From positions 49,167,358 to 49,231,357 of the forward strand of contig NC_087251.1 of the NCBI RefSeq assembly GCF_037042905.1: a stretch of DNA of 64,000 bases. Direction: 5' to 3'. Positions 1-12,931 of the stretch are shown in pieces. The notes beneath the pieces are model-generated. The model did not search any database and was not told where the DNA came from. It saw only the letters and a list, made by a program, of their open reading frames with translations. A program made the translations under genes and the position numbers. This stretch comes from Lytechinus pictus (lineage: Eukaryota). Within the stretch, counting starts at the first letter, position 1, and each line of letters starts with the position of its first letter.

Positions 1-477
1 GAAGGGGATATCATATCAGCATCCAAGAATGGGGATTTGATGTTACCATTCTTCTGCTGCATCCGCTGAGTCAATGCTTCCTTTTCCACTTGAGTGGCTA
101 TTCTGATGATGGAATCCTCATCACCCCAGTCATCACTGTCCCAGAAGTCACTGGAGAAAGAGCGATTTGAACTCTTCCTTCTCTCCTTCATCGCTTGTCT
201 TGTCTCCATGTTACTGCCGTCCACGTTGTCGGTTAAATCATCATCAGCAAAGAGATCTTCTAGGTTGTCACACTCCATGGCTTCAGCATCCCCACCACCA
301 TCAGGATCAGTTGCACCTTCCGTTGTCACAGCTTCACTATCTTCTGCAGGATGTTCAGAGTGTTCCCCAACAGCCACAAGATTGCCTGTCCATTCTGTCA
401 ACATACGCAGATCATCCAAGACACCTTTGTCTAGGCCTATCCTGGAAAGCTTCCTTCCGGTAGTTCTTCTTGCCAGT
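1..477 (-). CDS. ETAA1: ETAA1-like large acidic exon, truncated by the window edge
   Basis: ttacag acceptor at 478-483; frame stays open to base 1 (LARRTTGRKLSRIGLDKGVLDDLRMLTEW...DFWDSDDWGDEDSIIRIATQVEKEALTQ...). Confidence 0.85.
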
Positions 478-3400
478 CTGTAATGCATACATAAAACAAA
501 CCTCTGATTACTCATGTATCAGTGATAAAGCATTTGTATTAGGGAATTCAAACTCTCTCATTTCTCTACATGGTGGCTAAAATCTATTTTATAACATGAT
601 TGAAAATTCAACAAGTTATTACAAAAGTTTGTCCTATTTTATAATGGTTTTCATGAGTGCATCCAAGATTTGTTCATATAAAAAAAGAAAATGCGAAACA
701 GAACCCCCCCCCCCATGCATAATCATTCAATGAAGCATGGTTTTGACAATTGATGTTTGTTCATTATTCAATGGATCACAGATTAAGAGTCACAAGTATG
801 CATACACATGGGCTATCATACACAATTATACAATCTAACATTATAAAATCTACCTATGAAAATATTTATCCTATAAGATATTTGCTACTATTACTACAAG
901 TGTACATGTATATCTCATCAAGCTGTTTTCTTATCTGAATAGATTTGAATTTAAGTCTCAATGTGATCCAGATATTTGGATAAAACTATATCAAATCATT
1001 ACTAACATGAATTTTTGTTTATGCATGTTAACTTATAACCAAAACTCTTCAGGTTTGATTTGGGGAAGAAATTAAGATGAATGGAACGAGACACTGTGGT
1101 ACTATAATGCTATCATTAGTGAGATGAGCAAAAATAGGGGATAAGATAAATTACAGTTTACCAGAGATCTGCATGTCATTTTGACTGAATATTGATCCAT
1201 TTTTTCAATGAAAATCCAATTAAATGCATTCAGTATTAATGCCATGCTAGGCAATAGTAAGACCAAGGTAAACTCTTTTGAGCAACAACAAATGTGTTTT
1301 GGGAGATGTTGTAGATCGCATAACTTTGTCTAAATATGTTAAATGTATACGACACAAATTCTTTTAATATTGCCACTTTTATGTATCTGTGTTAAAATAG
1401 ATTGATACCATCTTATGCACTTTCCAAATTTTCCCTAAATAATACTTTTCGTGATTATAATATAATACCCGTACTGCCATAAATTTTCATTTATCAAAGA
1501 TTAGAACCAATGTTTCAAAAAATCAATAAAGGTCCCATAGTCTGGAATAATATCCCAATACATTTAAGAAATATCCCTTCTTTAGATAGTTTTAAAAAAC
1601 AAATTCACGCCCTATCTTTTGATTTTGCGTGATCTTAATTGATTTACTATACGTTGTTAAATACATCTTTGTTTACGTGTCTTCACCTTCATCCATCTGT
1701 TGTTGTTTGTTTTCTTCTGTAATAATGTATTGCTTTAACTTATGTACAAAGGGGTTAACGTTTATAAAGCTTCTAGCTTTTTTTGTCGTCCCCTATTCCC
1801 ATAAAACTGTTTGTTATGTAGTTGTATTCACTGTCTTTTTATCTTTGTTTTTGATAATTCTCTTGGTTATGTACACATGTTTTTATGGTGAATGAAATAA
1901 ATGAACTTGAAATTGAATAAATGTCTTGCAAAATAAGTGTATGTTAACTTCAGATACCTATTGTACTTTACATAAGGTACATTACCTCGCAGGCCGACGT
2001 TTCTTCTTCTCTGAGTCCGGTTCCTGTCTATTCCTCATCCACAAACCAAGTAGAGGTGGGGTGCTGGATTCTTTGTTTTCCTGATGAAGAAATGATAAAG
2101 GATAACCAAACATCTTATTAATAAACAGATATGGTCAAAGCAAATAAAAGCTTATAGACTTGGGCATCAAATTATATCTTAAATATTTTTTCAGGAACCT
2201 ACAATATTCCTAAAATTTGGGCCTTGAAACCAGTTTAAGTCAAGATTATAAAAAAAATCAATTATTCATTGTGCTATTTAGATTTTCTAGATGTTAACAA
2301 AAATATGAATGCTGTGAGCAGAAAGAATAATACTGCACATTATCATCTATATAGAGTGTTCTAGCGATGCATTAAAAACGCGTATTTTGGTCTACATAAA
2401 TAGCTCATGCAGTATCAGAGCGTAACCTAAGAAGGACCGAAATACGACGAATATCCCATAGGCTCCTGTACAAAATTTGCTATTAAATATGAGAGCTTAT
2501 TCAACAGTTTAGGGCACGTGCGTGAATGCGTGAAATATACAACGCGTACAACAATGAAAGCAATTCGATGCGCAACATAGAGCACAACTACGCTCGATTA
2601 CGTCGTAATGAACTACATGCAAGTTGCATGTCAACGACAAAAATTGATCCTATGAAGTGATAATGGCATAATGTGATATGACTTGTTAAATCAAATTGCC
2701 CTCTCTTTTTTTTTTGGGGGGGGGGGGCTTTGTTGATGGCTTTATTTCATGAAATACCAGAAATATTCCACTCGTTAGGGCCAATATTCCACTCATCTGT
2801 AATTCGTGGATTATTTCCTCGAACTCTTGGAATATTTCTGGTATTCCATTCTGAGCCATCCAATTATTATACTAGGGGAAAACAGACTGATTAAAGACTT
2901 TAAAAAAATGTTAATTATTATGGAAGCTTTGTTTGGAGTTGAGCCATGGTGATAAAATTCACAAAAGTTAAACTACAGTTCTACTCTATTAACAAGCATC
3001 ATCCACTTTACCTTTTACTAAATTAAGTCACTTTATGTTCTTTTTTTTTCTCTAAATTCTCCTCTAACCCCACACCATCATCACTTTACTTTGAACTTTC
3101 ATCTCTTTATCCTCTTGTTTCTCTTCCTCTCTTTTTTCTGTTTCTTTTTCATACCTTAGGATGCATGCACTCAATGAGATCTGTCAAATCTTGTTCAGCA
3201 GCACTAGCTCTTGTTACCCTGCGCCCTGTCAAAGAAAATGGTGAAAAAGATTTTCCTAGATATGAAATAATCTGAATGATACGCATCGTTAAGCCAAAAA
3301 TGCACATATACCTTAAATGACCTTATTAGCAAAATCTCACTGTCTCTAGATAAAGATGGTCTGTTGAGTGTATATGTATCAGGTTTAGGGGGAGGGGGGC

Positions 3401-3588
3401 TCAGATCATGGAAAAAAAAAGTTGTAATACTTGAATCTGAAACCTACCTGGCGTAGTCGACAGACAGATCCGCCGGGGAGGAGGGGAATCCCCCCAGATG
3501 ATGTCTCGCTCATTGTCAGTCACAGGAGAGTCCTGAGAGCTATCACGACAAGATTTCCTAGTTCTTCTCATCATGCATGTCAGATTAA
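1..3588 (-). CDS. ETAA1: ETAA1-like ATR activator, 5' part: exons 3588-3448, 3225-3155, 2080-1986, 477-<1; continues off the left edge; possible start ATG at 3574
   Basis: GT-AG junctions with consistent phases (1, 0, 2). Peptides DSPVTDNERDIIWGDSP, EQDLTDLIECMHPK and SSTPPLLGLWMR fall in the same order as the recalled human ETAA1 segments SPNDPDGQNDIFWDQNSP, DEISHIVNRIAPQ and TNSMLDMWIG. A long acidic exon follows (DDWGDEDSIIRIATQ). Confidence 0.8.
1340..1920 (+). mobile_element. Degraded LINE 3' fragment related to 3807-4420
   Basis: YNTR..GPIVWNNIP..SLDSFKK remnant, T-rich UTR and aataaa/ttgaa tail. Confidence 0.65.
1986..2080 (-). CDS. ETAA1: ETAA1-like exon (ENKESSTPPLLGLWMRNRQEPDSEKKKRRPAR)
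   Basis: catcag acceptor and gtaatg donor; LLGLW motif. Confidence 0.82.
3155..3225 (-). CDS. ETAA1: ETAA1-like exon (GRRVTRASAAEQDLTDLIECMHPK)
   Basis: tgacag acceptor and gtatga donor; 71 nt fits the neighbouring phases. Confidence 0.8.
3448..3588 (-). CDS. ETAA1: ETAA1-like exon with ATR-activation motif (..MMRRTRKSCRDSSQDSPVTDNERDIIWGDSPPPRRICLSTTP)
   Basis: tttgtag acceptor and gtaggt donor on the minus strand; the first 14 nt may be UTR. Confidence 0.8.
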
Positions 3589-3806
3589 CTACAAAAATAA
3601 AAGAAGTATTGAAATAAAAATTACTCCACCACAAAGAATTCTATAACCATTAGACATTTGTTTGTCCAACATAATCAGCAGCAGAACTCAGAATATTTTT
3701 TTTTTTTTTAGTTTGGACATTTCAGTGACACCATAATTGGTTACTTGAATTTCAGGCAGCTGATGGAAGGTGTGTGTGCATATGACATGTCACAATCAAC
3801 AAGAAG

Positions 3807-4420
3807 ATGGTGTCGAACTCATTAATTACCAATCATGATCTTCATTTACTTACTTTGTCTGATTTAAATAGGTTTAACATCGCAATATTTATGTATCTTT
3901 GTTCCAAATCACTTATTCCTGATTCCATTATGTCTAAATTTTGCCTTAATTTTTCGATTCATCAACACAATACCCGCAGTCTATTTGATTATCATTTACC
4001 ACGAGTACGTACCTCAGTTTCTCATAACTCAATTTATTTTCAAGGACCTATTCTTTGGAATAATTTACCGCATTCTATTAAAACATGCCGAACCCTCAAT
4101 TCTTTCAAACGTTATTACAAATTACATCTTTTAAGTTTGTATTCTTAATTTGCTTGTATAACTACGCTATATATTTTGAATGTATGTGTTAATATATGTT
4201 TTCATTTATGTTATCTTTTTTTTGTAATATTTATTGATTTTGTCTTATAGTTGTTGGGTCAACGCTCAATAAGGCTATCTGCTCTTTTTTGTTGGGCCCT
4301 CATTCTCATAGATATGTTTTTTGTGTGTTGTCACAATGTTTTACTTATGTACCTTATGTATGTTTTTCATGTTTTTATTGAGAGTGTAAATAAATTGAAT
4401 TGAAATTGAATTGAATTGGA
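3807..4420 (+). mobile_element. LINE (L2/Crack-like) 3' end fragment
   Basis: HQHNTRS..GPILWNNLPHSIK..LNSFKR terminal ORF2 motif, then AATAAA and an (AATTG)n tail. Confidence 0.8.
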
Positions 4421-4670
4421 AGCAAAGTTGGGAGTCTATTTTAACAGGAGAATGCAAATCTGGGAGAAAATAAATTTGAATGAAAACCAAGGATAGAAAG
4501 AAGCAATTTTTTAATCAGAATCAATTATAAAATGAGAAAGCTTGAAAAATATCTCAATCAACTCTCTGTGATGATCCTCAAATTTAGCCATGTTACTTTA
4601 AAATTTAATACATTAACAGGATGAGTAGTGCATGTACATCTCTCCATATGTTTTGTAGGGGTCTAAATCA

Positions 4671-4943
4671 GGGACCCGTCTTACAAAGAGTTGCGATTGA
4701 TCCGATCAATTGCAGCTATGGAAAGCCAGCAAAGCCAACATATAAAATGATCTTTGTTCAAAAAAAAATCTAGATATGAATGTATATCCATAAATTCATT
4801 GATTTCTTGACAATTTGGTGTGATCTCCTTTGTTTACAAAGGACATTTTGCAAAATTCCTGTAGAAAAAATTTATGACACTGATGGATTTCCATAGAGTT
4901 ACGATTGATTGGATCAATCGTAACTCTTTGTAAGACAGGGCTC
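4671..4943. mobile_element. PIF/Harbinger-like MITE (family also at about 26420-26665, 42679-43505, partial 43560-43703)
   Basis: TIR GG(A/C)CCCGTCTTACAAAGAGTT...AACTCTTTGTAAGAC; dispersed copies in both orientations. Confidence 0.8.
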
Positions 4944-5108
4944 TGATCTACAGACAGTAGATTTTATTTCATATTTTCTCCATTATCTCTCAAGGTGCTA
5001 CATGACTTGTCTCCTGGGAAAATATAATGATCAAACAAGTCAACCCCCAAAAAAATGGTTATTTGAACAGATATACACTAGCGATAATTTCCTTAAGCCC
5101 ACACTATA

Positions 5109-7288
5109 CAGTGCGTATAAAAAAAATGGGACAGATTTGAAAAGTCTATAAAATTTTTGTTTCATATTATGATGTCTATATTTTGGTGTTAATAGGTGCT
5201 CTGAAGTCTTATCTTTCAAATGCCATTAACAAAATTTAGTTTCATTCATGCTTGAGCGAACACAGAATGTTTTTGTCTGGGGTTAAAAAGGAGGCTTGCG
5301 ACAAAATGGCATAAATAGATAAATATGATGATCGGACTTCTTGCTAATCAGCAGACTTCCTCTTAACCTTTTCATTATCTTTGCCCTCATTTTCGAATTA
5401 TGCAGTCAAAATTCATTTTCAAATCTGTTTATTTGCTTGAATTGTTCTGTTGTTGTTTCTTTTTATGTTCTCTTTTAGCTTTCAATATTTTTTCTTTAAT
5501 AAAAAAAATATTTTCAACCGAAGCATGGGAGAGCATGTATTTTTTTTAAAATTCCTTTCATTGTGTGCTACAATAGTTATAGTGCCTTTGAACAGTGGCA
5601 TACAGATGGGCAGGGCTCGGGGTGTTCCCCCAATAAACAAGGCAAAAGCAATTTTGTGTCTCGCCCACTTATGAAAATGACCAGAAATATCGTGATTTGC
5701 GAGGGCACGCAAGAGAATTATATTGAAACTTCATTGTGAAATGACTGCGATGGAATAACACTTGTCATAAGAGCCTTGCACGTAAACTTTAATGTTGACC
5801 TGAAAATGACCTTTGACCTTACCAGGTGACCTCTGACTGCAGCATAACATGCAGGTCGCCTAAGTACATCTACCATCCAAGTTTTGTTGAAAAGTAACTT
5901 ACGGTTGCGGAGTTAGGTGTCATAAGAGAGTCTTGCATGTAAACTTTAACGTTGACCTCACACTGACCTTTGACCTTACCATGTGACCTCTGACTGCAGC
6001 ATAACATGCAGGTCCCCCAAGTCCATCTACCATCCAAGTTTGGTTGAAAAGCGACTTACGGTTGCGGAGTTAGGTGTCATAAGAGAGTCTTGCATGTAAA
6101 CTTTAACGTTGACCTGAAAATGACCTTCGACCTTACCATGTGACCTCTGACTGCAGCATAACATGCAGGTCCCCCAAGTCCATCTACCATCCAAGTTTGG
6201 ATGAAATGCGACTTACGGTTGCGGAGTTAGGTGTCATAAGAGAGTCTTGCATGTAAACTTTAACGTTGACCTGAAAATGACCTTTGACCTTACCATGTGA
6301 CCTCCGACTGCAGCATAACATGCAAGTCCCCCAAGTCCATCTACCATCCAAGTTTGGTTGGAAATCGACTTACGGTTGTGGAGTTATGTGTCATAAGGTT
6401 TGTGACGGACTACGAACGGACGACGGAAGACATTTGGATCCCTAAGTCTCGCCTTCACCTCCGGTGGGCGAGACAAAAAAAGTGGAAGGGAAATAAAAGG
6501 AGACATAGAAAGTGAAATATGATTTATTTTCTGAATGTTATGTCAAAATCTATCACAAAATTTGATATTTTCTAAATAAAAAAGTGGAAATTTTTGTTTG
6601 CTCGCTTTGCTCGCTCACAACTCTTTAAATACATTTTATCCGATCTGCCATATCTAGCTCCTTCAAAATTGACTCAATACACCATTGCCATTGAAAGACA
6701 CGAATCCTTTCCTGTTTGTCCTGTCAAGCACATAACTAAACTTGGTCAAGGAAACAATAACCCTTGAAAATAAGATTCATGTTTTTTAAAGGTACCATAA
6801 CATAATTTGTTTCACATAATAAAAATATGATTTGAATAATTACAAGTTCTCCCAATTCATAATGCAAATCTTCTTGCTTGGGCTGACAAAAATCTTTTTT
6901 TCTTACTTATGAAGGAAAATTCAAAGGTTAAAGAAGTTTTAATGAAAAAACAAAATAATTCAAGTAAATAAATAAAATTGTAAATGAAATTTGACAGCTT
7001 AATTCGAAAATCATGGCAAAGATATTGAAAAGGTTAAGAGGAAGTCAGCTGATTAGCAAGAAGTCTGATAATCAAATTTCTCATTTCTGCCATTTTAGCA
7101 CAAGCCTCTTTTTGAACCCGACATAAACGTCCCATGTTCGCTCAGTCATGAACAAAATTTATTTTTTTAATGGCATTTCAAGATAAGATTTCAGAACATC
7201 TATTAAGATCAAAATATAGATATCTTAATTTGAAACAAATTTTTTTTATAGACTTTTCTAACTGTCCTGTTTTTTTTTAAACGCACTG
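5109..7288. mobile_element. Tc1/mariner-type non-autonomous element with long imperfect TIRs
   Basis: TA|CAGTGCGT...ACGCACTG|TA; about 300 bp at each end are diverged reverse complements. Confidence 0.85.
5635..6476. mobile_element. Helentron-associated (HINE/DINE-1-like) element with four 157-bp core tandem repeats
   Basis: Sub-terminal IR TGTCTCGCCCA (5657) / TGGGCGAGACA (6465); terminal hairpin; GACG-type microsatellite; repeat starts at 5764, 5919, 6076, 6233, 6390; inserted in an A-run. Confidence 0.8.
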
Positions 7289-8814
7289 TATAGGGTTAAG
7301 CTTTTTAGCCCACTTTCTTTTTGCACGTTTTTTGCAATATGTGTTAACCCCACCTACATGTGTAGTACAGGATTATTTGGCCCTGCAAAATAGCAGGGTT
7401 AGCCAAGCAATAGTGTAAAAAGTAGCCCAGTAAAACAGAGCCAACACTGTTGTCAAATCAAAGATAAGCATTTATAAATGGATACCACTAGTCAAGTACT
7501 AAATTATGTTTAAGCTAAGCAAGCATTTCCTTTGCTTAGCTGGGGTTAGGCAAACAATTTGGCATGTGTGAAAAGGAAAAAAATAAGTATGGGGTTAAGG
7601 ATAGTACAGGGTCAGAGATAGTATGGGGTTAAGAAAATCGAGTGTAAAAAGCATAAGACAGTGAGTGGCATTGTGAACTCTCTCTTTTGCGTATCATTAT
7701 GCTGTGCATATCAAAAACTTATTTGAAAAATAAATTAAACTTTAAACTTTCAATGTTGTGTCTGATTTTTTCTTTTTATTTAAATCTACATTTTTTGTTG
7801 GAATTGACTTTCCAGTTGTAAGTGCAGAGTTTGACATGGGGTCCTTTTTTTGGGCTTGGCCAAAATTTAGTTTATTAATCAGCTTTTTTTTGTCAGGGTG
7901 TGATTTTTCAAACTCTACTCGAGCTTAAGTTTAACTCTGACTTTCAGACTTTATTTTTAATTTGCAAACATCTATTGATCCCATCCAGGCCAAATTTTAC
8001 ATTAGTCTGGAGGTGCATGGGAAGTGCAAATCATTTGTTAATGCAAAGTTACTCTCGAAAGCATCTGGCACTTGTTTTGTATCAATTCAATCACACATCC
8101 TCAAAAAATAACTGCAATATCTATAAAAAAGATTTATCATTTATATGCACATTTTGACAAAATGCTAGATCAAAAGCTCTTTAAAGAATTGTGAGAAAGT
8201 CTAAAGATTCGCCGATGTTTAAGCAGGGCACGACAAACCCGCTTGCCCAGGGCAAGTGAAAATGACGTGCAGGCAAGCATTTCTCTAAGTCAATTGCCCA
8301 ATCGAGCAAGTGGATGTAAATATCAGTAGACCCTCTAAATTTCAATATCTTTTGGATAATCACAACTATCTCTCATCAAACCAGTAAAAAAAACAGTGGA
8401 AACTGATGTAAAATCAGAGCCAATTACCAATAATTTATCGCCAGGTACCTCGTTCGAAAAATCGTGCCATCACATCTTACGTTCTATGTGTGCAATGACT
8501 GCGCATGCGCTACTATCTTGCGCAATTTGCCGATGCAAACCAAAAAAAAAAAAAAACACCAAAAGTGGCTAAAATTTCACATTTTGCAAAAATCCATGAA
8601 ATGGCCATCTATTTTCCATATTATCTTGAAATTGTTGGAAACTACAGAAAAAATGAATTTTCATATTTATACTAACAGTTTTTTCGCACCTTCATATGCA
8701 TTAGGCGTATGAAGGTGTATAGATAAATAAAATCCAACAAATTTAATGTGATTTCTAGCTTCAATTATAGATTTCCTAGGGAAATCCATCCATGTTTACA
8801 TATGTCCCGCTTAA

Positions 8815-10450
8815 GCAAGTATGGGGAGATGAAATTCCTGCTAGAATATTACGAGACTATGCAGATGAGATTAGCCAGTCCTCATTCATTTCTTCCAACA
8901 ATCCTATGATGAGGGAATTCTTCCAAGTGATTGGCTAAGAGCTCAAGTGGCCAACATCTAAAAATCTGGTGACAAGAGTAACCCAGCCAATTATAGACTG
9001 GTGTCACTCACATGCATCTGCTGCAAGATCCTAGAGCACATTGTATTGAGCCACATGTCAAAGTACTTGGAAAAGAATAATATCATCAACACAAACCAAC
9101 ATGGATTTAGGAAGGGACTGTCATGCGAAACACAACTTGTTGAGGCCATCAATGACTGGGCATACAACATCGACCAGCAATGTCAGACAGACGCCTTCTT
9201 TCTCAACTTTAGTAAGGCCTTCGATAAGGTATCATACAGGAAGCTGCTCTACAAACTGGAATATTATGGCATTATTGGTCAAACGTATAGATGGATCAAA
9301 GCTTTCCTATCAGGCAGATCTCAGTCAGTTCATGTTGATGGAACATCCTCACCGCGAGCAAGTGTTCTCTCAGGCGTGCCGCAAGGCTCAGTACTTGGGC
9401 AGGTGTTATTCCTGTTGTACATCAATGACATCTGTGAATGCATCTCATCACCAATCAGACTCTTTGCTGATGACTGTGTGCTGTATCACAAGGTCGAGAC
9501 AAGAGATGACCACGCAATTCTCGAGATCTTTCAACATTATCGGATTGGGCAAAACTGTGGGATATATCCTTCAATGTCAAGAAGAGTGCCCACATGTGTA
9601 TCTCTTTGAAACGACAACCCTTGGCTTGCAACTTTACCATCAGTGACCAACCTGTTCCAACATCAACCTCCTGTAAAAACCTCGGTGTGACCATCACAGA
9701 CAACCATGCACAGAAGATATCCTCTAAAGCTGCTCGTATTCTTGGAATCATACGTCGAGCCTTGGGTAAATGTGACCTGAAAGTAAGAGACAATGCGTAC
9801 AAGCAACTTGTCAGACCTCAACTTGAGTATGCATCATGTGCATGGAATCCTAACATACATGTACAGATAGATGTAAACGTTATTGAGAACATTCAGCGTC
9901 AGGGTGCTAGGTTTGTCCTTCACGACTATAGCAGAGTAACATCAATGTTGTCAACTCTTCACTGGGATACTCTCCAACACAGATGCCTTCTTAGCCAATG
10001 TGAGATGTTCTACAAAATTCATCACAATTTTGTTTACATCATCATGCCACATCAGATTAAGCTAAGCAGCAATTCTCGTCCAAAACGTTCACAACACACT
10101 GGACATCCGCTCAAGTACACCCAGCCTTTTTGTAGAGTGAACTGCTACATGTACAGTATGTTCCCATCTGTATTTGGAATACTCTCCCAAACGTTGCTGT
10201 AACTTCAACCTCTATAGCTGGCTTCCGGGAGCAACATTGCCTATCATTCAGCAAATGTTGCCTTCCCCTTCCCTTAAGATGCTGTAAGAGGGACACACAC
10301 ACTGCACCTAGCACACTTGATATAGTGCACCAAGAATACCACCACAGGATCACCACATCACCTGAATCACTGGCAGCACCTGACACAGCACAACCCTCTC
10401 CAGAACAGCGTGTACGCTTTTGGGAGAGTACTTCTTAAAGGTTCAAGGAG
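8815..10450 (+). mobile_element. 5'-truncated, frameshifted CR1/L2-group LINE (reverse transcriptase remnant)
   Basis: ORFs 9001-9609 and 9594-10202 carry [37 protein letters not shown] and LVRPQLEYA; in-frame stop at about 8959. Confidence 0.92.
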
Positions 10451-10558
10451 GGTTTCAAAGCTTGTGATGTAAAAGTATGTAAAAATATTTTTAAATATCA
10501 TCACGGAGTCCTCAAGGCTAAGTGGGGGAAGGGTATTTTGAAATCAATTCTGACACTC

Positions 10559-12931
10559 CAGGGTGCTACATAACTTTTTTGAAGCACTTGCCCAGTTGGG
10601 CAAGTAAATTTTCAAATAGTTTGAAAATACTTGCCCGAATATAGATTTCACTTGCCCGAAAAAATCTTTCAAAACAAAGTTGTATTGCTTCAAAACAAGT
10701 TATAGGCTTATAGTTTTACATACCATACCATTGACGGCTTTAAAAATACATTTTTCAACATGACTACTGGTGTACCTTGTAGTTGTATTTTTTTTTTTTA
10801 AAGGATTTTTATCTTGAACATCATGACAAAATATATGGTCAATATGCTCTTTAATTAATTCCCTAATCTCATATATTTTACATATATTTTGGAGGGGACT
10901 AGGACTCACAATAAAAAAAGGGGAAATCACTGAAAATAACCAGAGAAAAAAAAGAAATTAAGAGAGGGAGAGAGAATGAAAGAAAAAAAAATAAGAAGAA
11001 AGACAGAAAGGACGAAGAAATAAAGGAAGAAATATAAAAAAGAAATAAAGAGAGAGAGAGAATGGCTGCGGGGATCAGAAAGATGGAAAGAAAGAAAGAA
11101 ATGAAGAAAGGATGGAAAGAAAAAAGAAAGAAATAAAAAAAAACTGAGGGGAAGAGATAGGAAGGAAAGGGAACGAATAAAAAAAGAAAAAAGGTAAAAA
11201 GAAAGAAAAGAGAGAAAGAAAAGATAAAGGACTGATGAAAGGAAGGAAAAGAAAGAAAACGAGAGAAAGGAAAGAAGGAAGAAAGAAAAGGTATAAGGAT
11301 AGATGGAAGGAAGGAAAAAAAAGAAAAGAAAGATAAAACGAAAGACAGAAAGAAATGAAGGAAAGAGATGAAGGAAGGCAGAACGAAAAAATAAGGAAGA
11401 AAAGAAAGGATGGAAGGAAAAAAAAAGAAAGATCAAAAGACAAAAAAAGAAAATCAGAAAGAAAAAAGGAAAGACAGAAAGGAAAGAAAAAAAAATAGAG
11501 AGAAAAAAATAGAAAAAAAAATGAGGGGAAGAGAAAGGAAGGAAAGAATAAAAAAGAAAGAAAGGAAGAAAAAAAGAGAAAAAGAAAAGGTAAAGGATTG
11601 ATGGAAGGAAGGAAAAGAGAAAGAAAGAAAACGAGAGAAAGGAAAGAAGGAAGAAAGAAAAGGTAAAGGATAGATGGAAGGAAGGAAAAAAGAAAGAAAG
11701 AAAAGAAAGATAGAACGCAAGACATTTCTAAAGAAATGAAGGAAGGCAGAAAGAAAAAATAAGAAAGAAAAGAAAGGATGGATGGAAAAAAGAAAGATCA
11801 AAAGAACGAAAGACAGATATAAAGAAAATCAGAAAGAAAGAAAGGAATGAAGGAAAGAAATAAAGAAAGAAAGAATGAAAGGGATGAAGAAAGTTAGGAA
11901 GAAAAAAAGATAGGAAGAAAAGGTAAAGAATGGATGGACGGAAGGAAGACAGTAAGAAAGAATGAAAAGGAAGGGGAAAAAGAAGGAAGGATTAAAGAAA
12001 GAGGTAAACAAAGGTTGGATCAATGGAAGGAAGAAAGATAAAAAGATAGAAAGAAAAGAATGACAAAAAGAAAGACAGCTATAGTAACAGAAAAAATTAA
12101 CAAAAGGAAGGAAATTTAAAGAAATAAAGAGGGATTCAAAAGGAAAGATTCAAAAGAAAAGAAGGAAAGATAGGCAGAAAGAAAGAAAATAGAGAGGAAG
12201 AAAGCTCAAACTATCCAGTCATAAATAAAGAAGAAAATTTATCAATTTCCTTGGCTAAAAAAAAATAGTTACGAAAGAAACCATGTTTATCAACATACAC
12301 ACAATGCATATGTGGGACTGTCAAAACAATGTATTTCAGTGTGTGCAATACAGACGATCATTCGAAACCCGATCTTTTTTAAGCATAACAGAAGTGAAAA
12401 TTTCTGCTTTTACTGCTTACAAATGACAGAGCTACCCCAATTTTTAGGAAATATGGACATTACAAGAATTTTTTTATTGGTAAGAAATGTGAATTTTGAC
12501 AGTTCTGTAGGAGATTTCTTCCAGAGCAAACTTCGTTCGTGCAGCACCATACTCCGTAGAAACTACGTGCATCGGCTGCATGGACTAGGCGCTAGCTAGC
12601 TAGGTATGCTAGACTGTCATTGATTCTCTGTGTGTGTGTACGTCTCTGAGCTGTGTGTTTATTGCAGAAAATGGCGCAAATTTTGCAATTCGAATCATGA
12701 CTTATAACTTTTTTGAAAGAAAATTAATGATATTGCTTTTTGTGTCTCTTTTTCTTTTCTATATTTTGATGGTGAAACATGGGGAATCTTTCTAAGTAAA
12801 ATATAATTTCCATATGAGAATTTTGCTTGCCCGATTCGGGCAATCAGTTTTTTACTTTGCTTCAAAACACTTGCCCGACTCTAACTTTTACTTGCCCCGG
12901 TCAATCGGGCAAGCGCTTATGTCGCACCCTG
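10559..12931. mobile_element. Non-autonomous DNA transposon with CAGGG ends and 5-bp TSD, carrying a 1.3-kb purine tract
   Basis: CAGGGTGCTACATAA / TTATGTCGCACCCTG; TSD CACTC on both sides; subterminal CTTGCCC repeats. Confidence 0.85.
10940..12240 (+). repeat. GAAA-rich polypurine low-complexity tract with internal degenerate duplication
   Basis: Almost entirely A/G; similar blocks start near 11146 and 11523. Confidence 0.95.

Noticed and set aside
94..483. 129-aa Ser-rich plus-strand ORF
   Set aside because: It is the antisense shadow of the acidic ETAA1-like exon; the splice signals are on the minus strand.
3743..3757. Possible 15-nt minus-strand micro-exon (ccatcag|CTGCCTGAAATTCAA|gtaacc)
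   Set aside because: Weak donor and no homology support; needs RNA-seq.
10927..12023. Phe/Leu/Ser-rich and Lys/Glu/Arg-rich ORFs
   Set aside because: Translations of the GAAA low-complexity tract.
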